Numbered from the stretch's first letter, positions 1 through 13,559 are shown. The stretch: 48,361 nt of DNA from Mesotaenium endlicherianum (GCA_009602735.1 WELA01003242.1:58208-106568); one strand, 5' to 3'. Program-made: numbers and translations. The notes: generated from the sequence alone by a model not told the origin.

Positions 1-3000
1 CCCCCCCCCCCCCCCGGGGACTGAGAGCAGGGGTAGTCAGAATAGGAGTTTCCCCCCCTTCCTCACGCTCCCCCCTCCTCCTGGGCAGCTCCCAGACTGT
101 TCTGGTGCTGCAAGGAGTGGCAGGTTGTGCGAGTGGGGAGAGAGAGGTCGCCCCGCTGCAAGCCTGCACCCGGGGCCTGCACACCACCCCATCCCTAGCC
201 CCCCCCCCCTTTGACGTTCGCTGCTAGACCTGGGGATCAGAACAATGAGAACCAGTCTGACTGTGCCTTGATGGCCCGAGCCCCAAAGTTTCCCTACAAA
301 GCAGCACCAATGACCCCTTTGCTGAAACCCTGTTCGCCCATCTCCAAGATTTATTCCACATCCGAAGCTCCTCAAGCTTCTCAGGCCTATCAGATGGATG
401 AGAAACGTAAAGTTTAAAAGTGCAGGAGCCTTAAGACATACGGTTACGACTTCTTAATTGGCAAGGAGGGAAAAGAATATCCAGAAAGAGGACAGCGTTT
501 TAAGAAAGAGAATTTGTGTGCAAACTAAATGTAGGAGGCAACCACTTGGCTTGCATGAAGGCACGTGAAAGCCACATCCTTCCTTTCCCTTACCATTCAA
601 GAATGTAACAATTTAGAATCAGACTCCTTGAGAAAAACACATACATATGAGCAATGAGCCTCGATTGACAATTCTCTACTAGCCTAACATCCACCAATTG
701 CCAGCCATCCATACTCGAGTACTAGACAGCAAACTTTAACCACAATGAAAGCACAATAAATATGCGGCTTACACACCTCTATCGCTTGTCATATTACGGT
801 ATACAAGAACAGAGAACATTGGTAGTCCTCCTTCTGCTGGCGGCATAAATTTCTTTTGATTTCAACCTCGTGCCATTTGACTGTTCCCTCCTTCCTTATC
901 TCCCAACAGTCAAGGGATTTTTAAGAACTGACTTAATTCATCCTTCTTCTTATTTCAAATATCGAGTTCTGACAGCAACTACAAGTAAGTGCTAAGTAAA
1001 AAGATCCACAGTGTATAGAGCAGCACCTGATATGACGCAGTATCTTTCAGTGGTGCTTGCTGACAAAACGTAACTTCTCGAGACTCCACTAACCAACAAT
1101 CTTGCAAGCAATGTAGAAGATAAACGCTTAACGAGTAACTAAGAACCAATCTGCTTACCAAAGGAATTTTCTTTTAAGTGCAGGACGGACAAAATACCAC
1201 ATACGTAAATACTTCGCGCTTCGTTAAATTCAACCCATACTCCCAGATTCGTCGGGTTTCCTTCGCCACTCTGTCGAAAAACGTGTTCTCGACTCTTCGC
1301 TACTCTGGCGAAGCTTTTTCCGTTATAATGTGATGTCTTCGGCCGTTTGCCCAAGCACATCGACTCAGCTTGTGGAAAATCTCGACGGGTGCCGTTTGCC
1401 CGTGCGCCTCGGGAAGGGCTCGAGCGTGCGGGGTAAAATTTACCCGCTACCAAAAAGGTCCACCACCATGCGTGGGGCAAGGGGGATTGAGAGTATTCGG
1501 GTACCACCAAAGCAACTTGAAAGCACGGTACACCCTGAACTATTTAAAATTGCTGGAAATTGCTGGATACGGACCGACGCTCGCAAGCGTGCGTGTGGGT
1601 GCTGGTAAGTGTCTTTCAGCGCACATACGTGCGAGTGTACATGCGGCACCTCAGATTCTTTGGGACTACACTTTCAACTGAAAACAGAGTGGATTAGGTA
1701 AATGATGGATGTTATCCTATGTAAAGGACGTAATGGCGCGCGTGCGTGAGTGCATGATGCGCACATGTGCGCATGAATCCGTGCAACGGTGCGTCTAAGC
1801 ATGCAAAGCACGCGAGTGTTTATGCATAGGTGCATGCATATATGCTTGAGTGTGTATGCATGAATACGTGTGTGGTGTATGTACAAGCGCACTTGCAAAA
1901 TTAGTGAGTGTGTAATTGCATATGGACGCTTGCATGCAAAGATGAGATTTAAGTAATGCTTTTGCTCCTGTGTTTGTGTACATGTCTAATGCACACGCTT
2001 GAATGAGAACTTGCCAATTGTTTAGAGATGGTGCTTGTATGAAAGAGTGAAAGATTTATACTCGTACTTACATAAAATCTGCATGATATTGATTTGATTG
2101 TGTAAAGACATTTTTAAGAAAAACTTCGGATTTAGAATACAGTCAACTAGTCAAACAATATTTGTTGCAAATATTCACTTGCATCTTAGCTCAAGATGTG
2201 CACATGTATAGCAAGATCTACAATGGCAACAATTTACTTGTGGAATACGAGCGTATCGTTACGCCGTCGTCCATGAAGTAAATGAAATACGACACATTCA
2301 AAAAAAATGATTTTATATACATTGAAGTGAACATTGGGGAATACTAATGCTAGAACTTATTGATTTCAAGGCAAAGAATTACAATATGCATGTTGCGAGT
2401 GACAGCCATGGACCGTCTGACACGCGCGGCGGAAGTCGCGGCGAGTCAAAGTACGGTACGAAAACACGTTGACTAAAGAAGACCAAGTTACGTCGATCTC
2501 CAAAAGCGAGTCAGTCACGCAAGACTCCAGCAGAGGAGCAGAGAGCTCAGTGGCACGAGCGTGAGTCTCGAGCCAAGGTGTCATCAAAATTGCATGTGCA
2601 GCTTGGAGGGAAACACAAGTATGCACGGAATTGGAGTCCCATTTGCAAAGAAAAACGAAAGAAAGAGAAGAAAGAGCGTGAAGGAGAAGAACGTCATCCT
2701 CTTGGCAATCGGGAGCCGGAGAGCCACGCTTCTGCCGAGTGTATTCAAAATTTCATTTTCTTTTGCATTCCAAATTTGTAGATAAAACTAGTCCTACGAA
2801 GTTTCCTAGGCAAGATTCGACTTCTTGAGAGGCTAGAGTTGGCATATTCGATTTGGTAGGAGAATTTTGAACAAAAACTATAACAAACATCAGAGTGCAT
2901 GAATAACGTATAAGATGAGTTGTTGGTTAGTTTTCAAGTACTTATAGGTCCTTTCTACAAGAAGCAAGTGCTATAATTGAGAGCTCAATGAAGAATTGAG

Positions 3001-4416
3001 AAGATAGATATACAATAAAATACTGATAAGCATAACTAAGGGCAGAGAAGCTCTGGCCAACTAGCAATAGGTAGTTGTAAATGTAAAAGTTTGACAAGTT
3101 TGTATTTTGTATGAACAATAAAGCGAAAGTCTAAAAAGATAACTATCTTTGAGTCCTGTCAATCCTAGCACAACTTGCAGTTCATGCATGCAAACTACAG
3201 ATTGTGAACTCCTCAACATGGGCAAAAAGCGCGCCTAGAGATTCTTAGTATTGCACTACTTCTGAAAGCATATGTTGACTTGGTTGTAACATGAACATTG
3301 AAAATTGGAAAATGTATGAATTTCATCAGCCGACCCTGAAGAGGGGGCAAGCAAAAGTGAACTGTGTATGGAGTCGGAGAGTGGTAGTGTAGTGATACGA
3401 ACGAAAAGGTAACTCGAGGTACTTTGATTGCGCTCCAATTGGACTTATACAATTCAAACCGACACATTTCGGTCACAATCGGTCCACGTGACGTGTCGCA
3501 CGCGCCGCAACCGGCCACGTGGCGGATTGCTACACTCCTCCCACCTACACGTGTGCAAGTCTTGGGCACTTATGCCGCGGCGGCGCGAGGAACATTATTT
3601 CGGGATAGTGTCCTTTCTTCCAGGGTTACGCCGTACGCCGTACTGGCCGACCCTCGTACGCTTAATTAAGCGTACTGAACGAGTACGCACGTACTAAGCG
3701 AACGAAGTAAAATTCACGCGTGCGCCGCCCGGATACGGTTCGGCGCGATTGACGCCTTCACTATCAGGTTGTTTAGCTTTGGGAGTCAGAATAATCGCGT
3801 CGAAATTGTGAAAACTTCCTAAATTTGCACGCCAAAGTTTTTTGCGTTTGCCGACATTGTTTGCAATTGCTTCTGTGCACATACGAAACCCCTTTGAGAC
3901 TAAGTCTGAGGCCGCCTCCTAGTGAGGCCATTTTCCTCATTCGTTTCATTATTATCCATTTGGTAAGTTTGCTATCTTCGGTTACCCCTTCGCTCTTGCA
4001 TTGTCTTGCTTGCATTTTGATTGGGTCGTTGTTAGTCATCAAATCAATCCGTTTTGGGGGTTTATCCGGAGTTCTTTCATGTTTATTAGAATGCTCACTG
4101 TTTTTTATGTCTCTATATGTAGGTCCCGAAGCTAAGAAGTAGCTGAAGATTTCTTGCTGCAGATGTATTACATCGCTTGTCAACACCTGCAGCAGCAAGT
4201 GAGATTCCCCCCCGCTCCATCTCTCCCGTTCTTTGTGTATTTGAATGCAAATTGGAGATATCATTGAATGTGCTAGGTTGCAAATGTGACTCCTATTCTC
4301 TTTCATGAAACTTTCAGAAGGCGTGCTATTGCCCAGCTTCACCTGCTGGGCCACAGGATGCTCTTGCTGCTGCCCTGCACGCTTTGGAGGCCTGGAGCAC
4401 GTGGGTGGCTGTCCAG

Positions 4417-5700
4417 AGAGGGAGAGGGAAGGAGGGAGAGAGGGATGGAGGGAGGGAGGGACGGCGGGGAGGGGGAGGGGGAGGGGGAGGAGAAGGCGGG
4501 AGGGAGGGAGGGAGGCTTGGGGCTGGTCGACTCGATGCTGACAGGTCGCCGCGGGCCCATTGGGGATGGGAGCGAGAGTGGGCGACGCTGCTGCAGCCAT
4601 GGGAGGTTTGGGCAGCTTCGGGTTTTGGGCCGTCTGGAGCCTTCTGGCGCAGCGGCTCTGCTCATTTGTTCCCTGACAAAGTCAGGGGCAGGGGGAGGGA
4701 GGCAAGGGGGAGTGCGGAAGAGAGCATGGAGGGGGAGGGTGGGAGGGGTTAAAGCGGGGCAGGGAGCCAGGGGTGGACGGAGAGAGCGAAAAGCTTGGGA
4801 AGGGGGAGGGAACATGGAGAGAGGTAGAAAGATAGAGAGGGAGCAAGGGTGGGAAGGAATGAGGGAGAGGAGGAGGGAGGGAGCGAGGGAGGCTGCAAGG
4901 GAAGGAGGTAGCAAGGGAGGGAGTAATAATGAGCGAGAGTTAGGGGAGGGAGGCCAAGTGGGGAAGGGTTGTAGAGGGGTTGAGAATGGGGATAGGATGA
5001 CTGGGACGGAGGGTGGGTGGGAGGGTGGGGAAAGGGAAGAGACAGCACGGGGCAGCAAGAGACCAAAGGAGAGAGGAAAGGAAACGGAAGGAGAGAAAGA
5101 GTTTGCGGGAGGGAGGGGAAGAGAGCACATTAGAGAGGGTGGCAGGGAAAGGAGCAAGGGAGGAGGGTGGTGCAGCAAGAAAGTGGTTAAGGGAGGGAAG
5201 GACAGAGAGAGGGGAGGAGAGGGTGAATAGAAGAGGGAGGGAAAGAGGCAAGTAGGCAGTGCGATAGAGAGGGAAAGAGAGTGGAATGGAGGAGGGAGGG
5301 AGGGAGGGGTTAGAGAGAGAGAAGGGCGTGCAAGTCATTGATTGTGTGCACGCACGCGCACACACACACACATGCGTGCACACACACACAGAGAGAGAGA
5401 GGGGGGGGGAGGGGCAGGTGGAGGGGGAGGCTGTTCAATCAAGCGAGGAATGGAGAGAAAAGGGGAGGGAGAGAAGGAGCTATTGAGCAAGGGAGGTATG
5501 GGGGAACAGCGAGGGAGCGAGCGAGGACGCAAGGGTGGGTGGGAGGGAGGGAGGGAGGAAGACAGAATGCAAGGAGGGGAGCAAGGAGGGCGGGAGGGAT
5601 TGAGGGTGGCAGCTAGGGAGGGAGGGTTGGTGGGAGGGAAAGAGTAAGCAAGGGAGGGAGCGAGGGAGGGAGGGCTGGCCGCCTGCTAGAGAGAGGTAGA
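4417..5700. repeat. Purine-rich (GGA/GAGG) low-complexity tract with a short (CA)n/(GA)n run
   Basis: Visible base composition; overlapping ORFs are Gly/Arg/Glu or Pro/Ser/Leu low complexity. Confidence 0.85.
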
Positions 5701-6424
5701 AGGCCGTTACACTTGCACGACCCACACAGCTCGCTGTGAGGAGGGCCATCTGGCGGAAAGTGGTGCGGGATCACTAGCGCCCTCTCCTTGCTTTGACTAT
5801 CAGGGGACGCGTGTGGTCGTCAATGGCAGCAGTCGTCCCCCCCCCCGGGCCTCGCCTGCGTGCATGGGGGCCCGCATGCGCGGGGCAACAGCAGCAGAAT
5901 CGGCTGTCTGCCCCAGCTTGGTGTGTGCGAAGGGGGAAAACGGCAGCAGCTGCATGCAAGGGCTCTTCCTTGCACTTTGGTGGGCTTTAGCAGGGGCCCC
6001 ACAACAGTGGCTCACCCCTCTATCGTCGTGTGGGGGAGGGGGGTTCTGTGCAGGGAGTTGTGTGTGCAAGGCGATGGGAGCGGTGGCCCACTACCTGGTC
6101 TGGCGTGTGTGAAGGTGTGAAGGGGGGCTGTTCAGGGCATGGGTTACTCACAGTCAATGTGCGGGACTGGGGCTGCCTGCATTCAAGTTTTCTGCAGGTT
6201 GGGGGGCGGTTCAAGGGCTCTCTGGGGGGTGTGGCGACAACAAATGCTCCCCTTTGGTCTTATCTTAGCGTGGCTTTGGCGCAAGTGACATGCAGGGGCT
6301 GATTTCTTGCTTGCGACTGCCTGCGTGGGGCAACGCCTATGGCTGCCTTACTCTGGTCTAGCTTCTGGGGGGGGGGGCAGGTCGACGACAGCGGCCACAA
6401 GTGTTGGTGAGTGCATGCCTAATT

Positions 6425-6800
6425 GTGTACGTGTCATGTGCGTGCGTGGGCACTTGGGAGGGAGTGCTAGCCTCTCTCCCTCTTTCAGTGTGTGCATGTG
6501 TGTCTGTGCGTGTGTGCGTATGTGCGTGTGTGTTTGTGCAAGCAAGATGTTGCGGGGGCGAGAGCGCGCGGCAGGCATGTGTGTGTGCAAGTACGGGTGT
6601 GCGTGTGCACGTGTGTGTCCGTGTGTGTGTGTCTTTGCATGTTCGCCTGTGCGCAATCGCGCTTGCGTGTGCGTGTGCGTGTGTGTGTGTGTGTGTGTCT
6701 GTGTGTGCGTGCGCGGGTGCGGGTATGTACGCATGCGCACGTGCGGGGGTGTGTGCATGCCTGTGTATGAGGGTCATGTGCATGTTTGTATGTTTGTATG
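6425..6800. repeat. Degenerate (TG)n/(TGCG)n microsatellite
   Basis: Directly visible runs of gtgtgt/gcgtgt. Confidence 0.9.
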
Positions 6801-7842
6801 TGTAAGTAGAGGAAGAGGAGGTGGAGGAGCTTCCTAGTGCTGCAACTGCAGGAAGAAGAAGAGCAAGATCTAAATGTCGCTAGCTAGCTAGTAGCATGTA
6901 CATAATGTAATGTTTAAGAAATAAACCTCTTTTGAAATTTGAATCTATTTGGTACACTAAATCTTGATGCAATGTTGCATATTTTGTGAATGATGTACAT
7001 TGCATGAAGTGCTCATTAGAAGAGGAAAATGTGGTGCACTGGGGAGTATGCATGACATATTTACAGAAATATTGAGCCAATAAATTCAAATTAGAGTGTC
7101 CATTCCATGTATACGTAATTTGGAGTCATGACACACACGTAGATAAGAAGTTGTTATGAACTCATCCATTGCGGCACATGATTCCCCATTATATAAGTTG
7201 GTACACATGATTTGTCATTAAGTTAGGTAAATCTTCGAGTTTGTTTATGAAAAGGATGTGTCATGACAAATTAAAGATATGTCATCATAAAAATAAAAGC
7301 AAGACATTGGTGTGAAAGTTAGAGGAGAACCGAACGAACATTTTTGGTGTGTGGAAATTAGAGAGGGAGGCTCCGTACAACAATGTGAATGGTAATGCCC
7401 ATCTTGTACTCGCGTGAGTAGTTTTAGCGAAGGTAAGTGAAGAAGTGACGGGTTGTCACTTAGGTAACTATACAAGCCCACCTTGCGATCTGAAATTGTG
7501 TATTTGGCAATCTGGTTTGGCTCCGTTCCTTACATTAGGTGACGGGGTTTCACATCCGCCTGCTGGCAACCGTGTGAAGGTGAGACACATAAAAGTCTTT
7601 CGGACGGCAGTGAACACATCCGGTCAGCCGAAAAAAACAGTCAGTCTTGATCAAAAAGTTGAGTGCCATGACGTTGTACTTTTGCACGCGTGACCGACAT
7701 TGAACATCAACGTCAGCGCTATATAACGTCGACGACGTCGTGACTTGGCGTACTAAGCGAACTAGCCATAATTTTTATGCGGCGAATTAAGCGAACTAGC
7801 GTATTAGTCGAACTAAGCGAACAAGCGTACGGCGTAACCCTG

Positions 7843-9520
7843 GATGCATCGGTGATGACGTGCAAGGGCCAATCTGGGTTTGGACTTGGGAGTGTGAGCA
7901 CCGGGGATGTCGTCAATCTTTGCTTCAGTTGTTGGAATGCTTCCTCCTCTTTGTCGGTCCAAACATATGGCTCGTCCTTCTTGAGTAGATCCGTCAGAGG
8001 GGCTGCTATGTGCGAGAAGCTCTGGATGAATCTCCTGTACCATTTGGCAAATCCCAAGAATGATTGGAGTTCTTTCTTGGTCGTGGGGGTTGGCCACTCC
8101 TCCACCACCGTGGTCTTCTTGGGGTCCATCTTGATGCCATCAGCGGTCACGTGGTGACCTAGGAACTCCACTTCTTGTTTGGCAAACTCGCACTTCGACT
8201 CCTTTGCAAATTGCTTAGTTTGCTTCAATACTTCGAGGACTTCTTTCAAGTGTCTCGCATGCTCTTCAAGGGTCTTGCTGTAGATAAGGATGTCATCGAT
8301 GAATACCACCACAAATCTGTCCAACATGGGCTGAAATATGGTGTTCATCATAGTCATGAAAGTTGCTGGCGCGTTGGTGAGTCCAAATGGCAAGACCATG
8401 AACTCAAAATGTCCATATCTTGTCCTGAATGCCGTCTTCTCTATGTCCGGTTCTGCGATGCGAATCTGGTGGTAGCCGCTCCGTAAGTCAATCTTCGTGA
8501 AGTACTTGGCTCCAACCAGCCGGTCCATGAGCTCATCCATGCGCGGCAGCGGGTATCGATTCTTGATGGTGATCTTGTTGAGGGCGCGATAGTCCACACA
8601 CATCCTCAAGGTACCATCTTTCTTCTTGACAAATAGCACCGGGGCTCCAAATGGCGACTTGCTAGGTCGAATGAAGCCATGCTCCAGTAGCTCTTTGATT
8701 TGCTTCTTGACTTCGTCTAGCTCCGTGTATGACATTTTGAACGTAGGCCGAGAGATGGGCTTGCTTCCGGGCTCCAACTCTATCTTGTGGTCTACGAATC
8801 TTTTGGGGGGTAGGCCCTTGGGCAATTCCGGAGAGAATACTTCTTTGTAGTCCTCTAAGACTTCTTGTATCTCCTTGGGAAGCGGGTTGCCTTCTTGACT
8901 CTCGATGTCTTTCTTGATGTCTTTTGGCGTGATTATGGCCAAAAGAAGCTCGTGTCCCTTCCTCACAAGTCTCTTGAATTGGAGGGCGGACAATAGTATC
9001 TCGTGTGCCGGCTTCTCGATGTCTTGGGTCTGGATATTCTGGATTGCACACAAAATACAGATTCTTGAAGTGATGTCATTCTTGATCTTGATAGTACCGG
9101 TCCTCCAATCAACTTGGGGGTTGTGCTTGGTCAACCAAGGCGTCCCTAGGATGACGTCGTACTTGCCCAATTGCATGGGGGAGAACACTACTCTATCCTT
9201 GAAGGACTTGATAGAGAGTGCCAAGGGGTACGTCTTCTTGGAAGGGGTAGTATAGGAGAATCCATCGGGCATCATAATCTCCTCGTCGTGGTCAAGAGTT
9301 CGCATAGTATTACCGTGCTTGGTGGCAAAATCTACAGCAATGAAGTTGCCTTGAGCTCCGCTATCCACCAAGATGTGGACCTTCTCTCCTCCAAGGTAAC
9401 CTCTCAAAATCATTGGGGCTGGAACGTCGTCTTCAACGGGAGTCTCCACCTCACTTGGCTTGTTGTCTTCTCGTGAACTGGGTCTTGGGGTGGTAGGCTC
9501 CTGGCCTACCGGCGATGTCC
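7843..9520 (-). pseudogene. pol: Truncated pol of copy B (protease, RT, start of RNase H)
   Basis: [38 protein letters not shown]; ends at HVITDAS. Confidence 0.93.
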
Positions 9521-10757
9521 GTTAATTGACAACTTTTTGGGGCATGACAATGCACGATGGCCCTTTTCCTTGCAATAAAAGCATAGTCCACCCGTCATAA
9601 GAGCTTCTTTTTCAGCCGGGGAGAGTCTTGCTTTCACTCCTTGCTGGTTTCTTGCATCATAAGTGTCATTGGAGGGTCTTCCACTCTTCCTGGCAGCCGC
9701 AGGGTCCCTTTTAATAACTCCAATTTCCATGGGTGTGGGTCCAGATTCGGATGTGGAAGGGGCTGCGTACACCCGCGTCGCCGGAACCCGTGAAGATGGA
9801 GGCACGGACTGCTTGAAATCCAAGGTATCCACCTTTTGGGCCACTTCAATGATCCTTGAGAAGTCCGTCAAGTCGCGTAATTCCACTTCCTTTGCCACCT
9901 TGGGCTTGAGGCCAAAGATGTAGCGGTCAATCTTCTCCTGGAGAGACATGTTGGGGATCTCAAGAGTGAACGGACGTCGTTTGCTTGAGATGGTGGAGCT
10001 TTCCTTGAGCAATCTTCTCCGCATTGATGGGCATGAATTGCTTCTTGAGGGCCTCACAAAAATCTGCCCATCTTGCATATGATGGTGGGGGCTCTTGGCC
10101 GAGCATGGGGTGCGCCATAGCTTGATATATAGCCGCTTGATAGTTACGCCACCATGATGTTGCTGCTCCTCTAAGTAAGGTAACGGCAAAGGGAACGTAG
10201 TCCTCCTCGGGTACTTCAAGGAACGCGAGGTACGTCTCCACTTGGTAGAGCCATAAATTCAGGTTGGCACCTTTCCCGGGGTTGAAAGTGTCGGGTTTGC
10301 CGGGCTTGATGAGTTTCCTTGCTCTCGTTGGCTCTTGTGGAGGCGCTTGAGCCGGGGCTGGATTTTGAGCATTGCTCGCAATAGGGGCAACCATGGCAGC
10401 CATAGCTTCTCTTGACGCTTGCACGGTTGCTTTATAGGTGGCCAAGCCCACTTGGTTGTGGACGGTCATTAGGAAGGCTGCCTACTCATTTGCGGGAACT
10501 CCTTGTGGTGGGGTCAACTTTGCTATAGCGGCTACCACGGGATTTGACGGTGCTCCTCCTTGTGGTGCTTCTTGTTGTTGCAAGTTTCCTTGAGTAGGCT
10601 CTCCCATCGGCGCTGGAGGACGGTGTACTCCTCCTTGTGGTACTTCTTGTTGTTGCAGATTTTCTTGAGAGGGCTCTCCCATCGTCGCTGGAGGAGGGTG
10701 TCTTGGAGAGGAAGGGCTTCCTTCGAAAGCTTGCTGTTGGTCTTGAGGATCGGCCAT
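9506..10757 (-). pseudogene. gag: Disrupted gag of copy B
   Basis: Matches gag 40754-42034 but has a TGG>TAG stop at 10482-10484 and a 29-bp frameshifting deletion near 9970. CCHC knuckle [14 protein letters not shown]. Confidence 0.92.
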
Positions 10758-10794
10758 CTTCTTGTGCTACCAAAGTGCCTAGCTCCGATACCAC

Positions 10795-11304
10795 TGTAGT
10801 GAAACAGATAGATGAAGTACTTAGTGAAATATAATACTTTATCTATTCAAGAGAAGGACTTTTGAACACAAGTGGTAGCTTCTTGAAAGAGAGATGGCTT
10901 CTTGAAAGTTAATTTATTTCTGGATTTTGGAACAAATTAGCAACAAGAGTGATTCTGGAATGTCTTTCTATGTTTTAGCTCTTGTTTATATACTTGCTAA
11001 ATAAGTAATTTCTAGGAAGGTGCATGTTGATGTGTTGGCACCCAACACATCCCAAAACTTGCCACCTCTTTCTAGAATAATGTACACATGTCCTCTTGAC
11101 CTAAAAATGGCACATTTGACTTTTGCCACGTGGAGTTCTTCTAGGTCTTTCCTCTAACTTCGAAAATGCCTTAGAAGGTTCAAAGGACATGAACCAAGTC
11201 ACTAGAGTACCTATTCACACTTGAATCCACACAATATTACTCCAAATACATTTGAAAACATTAAAATATATGCAAACTAATATATAATAACTCAAATCAC
11301 TACA
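10795..11304 (-). repeat. 5' LTR of copy B; iMet-type PBS at 10782-10793
   Basis: TGTAGT...ACTACA termini; homologous to LTRs at 16728, 35895 and 42072; minus-strand TGGTATCGGAGC follows it. Confidence 0.95.
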
Positions 11305-11924
11305 CCAGTCCCTCTCGTTTCATTTTCCCTTGCCCATGCCTTAGCTATTCTAGGTCCTCGCGATTTTGAGTAGCTTAGTATGGACCTTCATGTTATTTCA
11401 AAGCTCGCTCCATTTTGATTAATACTCCCTTTTTTGTCCGGTTTTTTTTTTATTTTTTATTTTTAAAGACTGTAAGTTAGGTCGTCATTTGCAGCATGTA
11501 TTTCTTGTAAATCGAGAAAGAGCGTTTTCACACATGGGCATCACCATTGGACTTGGGCATCACCATTGCTGTCGTGCCTAACAGCATCAGACCCATGGCA
11601 CGTGCGTGGCTTCTTAGCACGTGTGACTTCGACCTGGTTGACGTGTCGGCAGTCCTCCTCGCGTGCGGAGATTCCCTAGTCGTTTGGTCGGTGCGTTGCT
11701 GCACGTGGGGAATCAACCGGATTGATTGACCTCTGCACGTGAGTTGGTGACAAACTGGCTGGGGGTTGACCCATTCTTGGTCTTCCTGCACTTGCATCAT
11801 GCGGTGAAGCATCCCCCACTCAGTGCTTTCCATGCTCTATCAGTTCCTCATTCCACACTACCCACACTTAGCATAAATTTTTGAAAAGGTAGCTTATCTT
11901 CAGCTTCCCTTACACCCCTCCCTT

Positions 11925-13417
11925 TCAGCTGAGGCGTCCTTGCCTTTCCGCTGAAAGCTTCAATTTCCTAACTCTGCGGATGGGGATTTTAGGAAGGCAG
12001 TCAGGACATTCCCACCGTCCTGCCATAATCTCTTCCTTACCAATGCAGAAGGTGTGCCGACGAGCACTACACTTATCGCAAGTTACCATTGCTTCTTGAT
12101 CATCCAGCACTTTGCAGCTGACACAAGGCGTGGCTGGCACTAATTTCTCAGGCACAGCCTTAACCGTAGGATCGATATTTGGCAAATGGCACAGCGAGCA
12201 GTTCTGCACGTGATCTCTCATGGTCTTACCATCAGAACCTTCCAGTTCCAACACACCATTGTCGAACGCATGTTTCACGCGTAAGATCACTGCACCTGAA
12301 CTGGTGTCGATGGTGGTCTTGGTCTGGCGCTTGCGATAGACAAAATCTCCTTCCTGGATCTGCGTCATTTGCAGGCGGTGGCTCCCATCTCGCATCCTGG
12401 CGTAACGCTGCGTGTCTCTTTTCGGTGCAATTTTTAGATAGTCCAGGGCAGCAGGCATCATGCGCTTGAGTAACGCCTTGCGGCGTACCATGACCTTTAG
12501 CAGTTCATTAGGGTTGTCCAGGTCTTTCACCTGCTCAATCTCCTGCTTGATGCTGCTGGCACCACTGGACTTCTGCAAAACAGAATCTGGTAAGGCGAGT
12601 AATTCGCCAACGCAGCTTGCTCGCTAAATCTATAACCCATAACCAGCCATGGCAGGGCCAAATCCCAATCACGCTTATCATGCTCAAGGCAAAACTTGCG
12701 CAAAGCAGACTTAATGGTTTGCACCATCCGTTCCGCTAGACCATTTGCTTGTGGGTGGTCTTTAGACGTAGTGCGATGGTCAATGAAGCATCTGTCCAAG
12801 AGTTTCTGAAAAGATCCTTGAAACTCAGACCCTTGGTCTGTCAACACTTTTGCTGGAGCTCCATGACGTACAATCACACCGTTGAGAAGCGCTTCCGCGG
12901 TCCCCAAGCTCTCCTTAGCAATTAGGGGCACAACCTCTATCCACTTAGAGAAATGCTCAATCATGACAACAATGTACTTGTTACCTCGCTTGGACAGCGG
13001 TAGCTCACCTGCGAGATCGCAGCTCCACCGATAGCCTAGGCCCATGATTGGCAAAGGTTGCAGGTGTGGATGTTGCTGAGTAAAACCAGCCTTGACGCGA
13101 TCACAGCTTTGGCAGGCCTTGATCACATCCTCACAATGCCGCTTCATGCCCCTCCACCAGTAAGACAGCTCCAAAAGACTGTACATCTTCTTGACACCAT
13201 AGTGTCCAGTATTCTCGTGCATTTCTTGCACCAGAGCTCGCCTTTTGGTGGGTTCTGGTACCAACTTCTCCTGATCAGTTTCTTCAATCTTGAAGAGGTT
13301 ATTGCGTTTCCAGCAAAAGCTTTTAGCTCGATGGCTCACCTGGTCCTTCTCTTTCACAGCTAATCCCTCCATGTGGGCTCCCGTCTTCAGCCAGTGCATA
13401 GTGGCTTGATCTTCCAA
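11925..13417 (-). pseudogene. Integrase of D with C-terminal PHD finger (frameshift near 12570)
   Basis: HHCC (HENTGH..CQSC); DDE motifs WSCDLAG, LTDQGSEF, NGLAERMV; C4HC3 pattern CVSC-x12-CDKC-x4-H-x2-C-x10-WECPDC at 11997-12125. Confidence 0.9.
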
Positions 13418-13559
13418 ATCTCTGGACTGAACAGGGGTAGAGGCTCAGCTTCACCTGACGCTACCATTCCAACCATTTTGGCCGGTATGCCAACTCTGCT
13501 GGGCTGCTCGGATCTTCGTCTTTTCAAGCTCTTGTTCTATCGTCTAAGGATGGGCTTGA

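Larger units (their letters stand above)
3621..7842. mobile_element. Non-autonomous hAT-family DNA transposon (4.2 kb, no transposase)
   Basis: Perfect 18-bp TIR CAGGGTTACGCCGTACGC (3621-3638; reverse complement at 7825-7842) and TACGC/GCGTA-rich subterminal repeats. The TIR is shared with the transposase-bearing element at 20224-27493. Flanks (CTTTCTTC / GATGCATC) are not a TSD. Confidence 0.85.
7843..11304 (-). mobile_element. Ty3/Gypsy chromovirus copy B (family A), 3'-truncated
   Basis: Near-identical to 39091-42574. Retains 5' LTR, PBS, gag and pol up to the start of RNase H, and stops exactly at the hAT TIR at 7842. Confidence 0.95.

Noticed and set aside
3590..3610. TAGTG resembling a CACTA 3' end
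   Set aside because: No matching left TIR or 3-bp TSD found.
1..3620. Short ORFs in the left flank
   Set aside because: No recognisable motifs or consistent exon structure.
3773..6837. Many long overlapping ORFs (up to 314 aa)
   Set aside because: They arise from GA- and TG-rich low-complexity DNA and show no domain motifs.
7719..7842. Novel C-terminus on pol ORF 7719-9449
   Set aside because: Read-through into the hAT terminus.
11564..11580. Short similarity to 35267-35282 as possible D LTR ends
   Set aside because: Similarity does not extend beyond about 12 nt.
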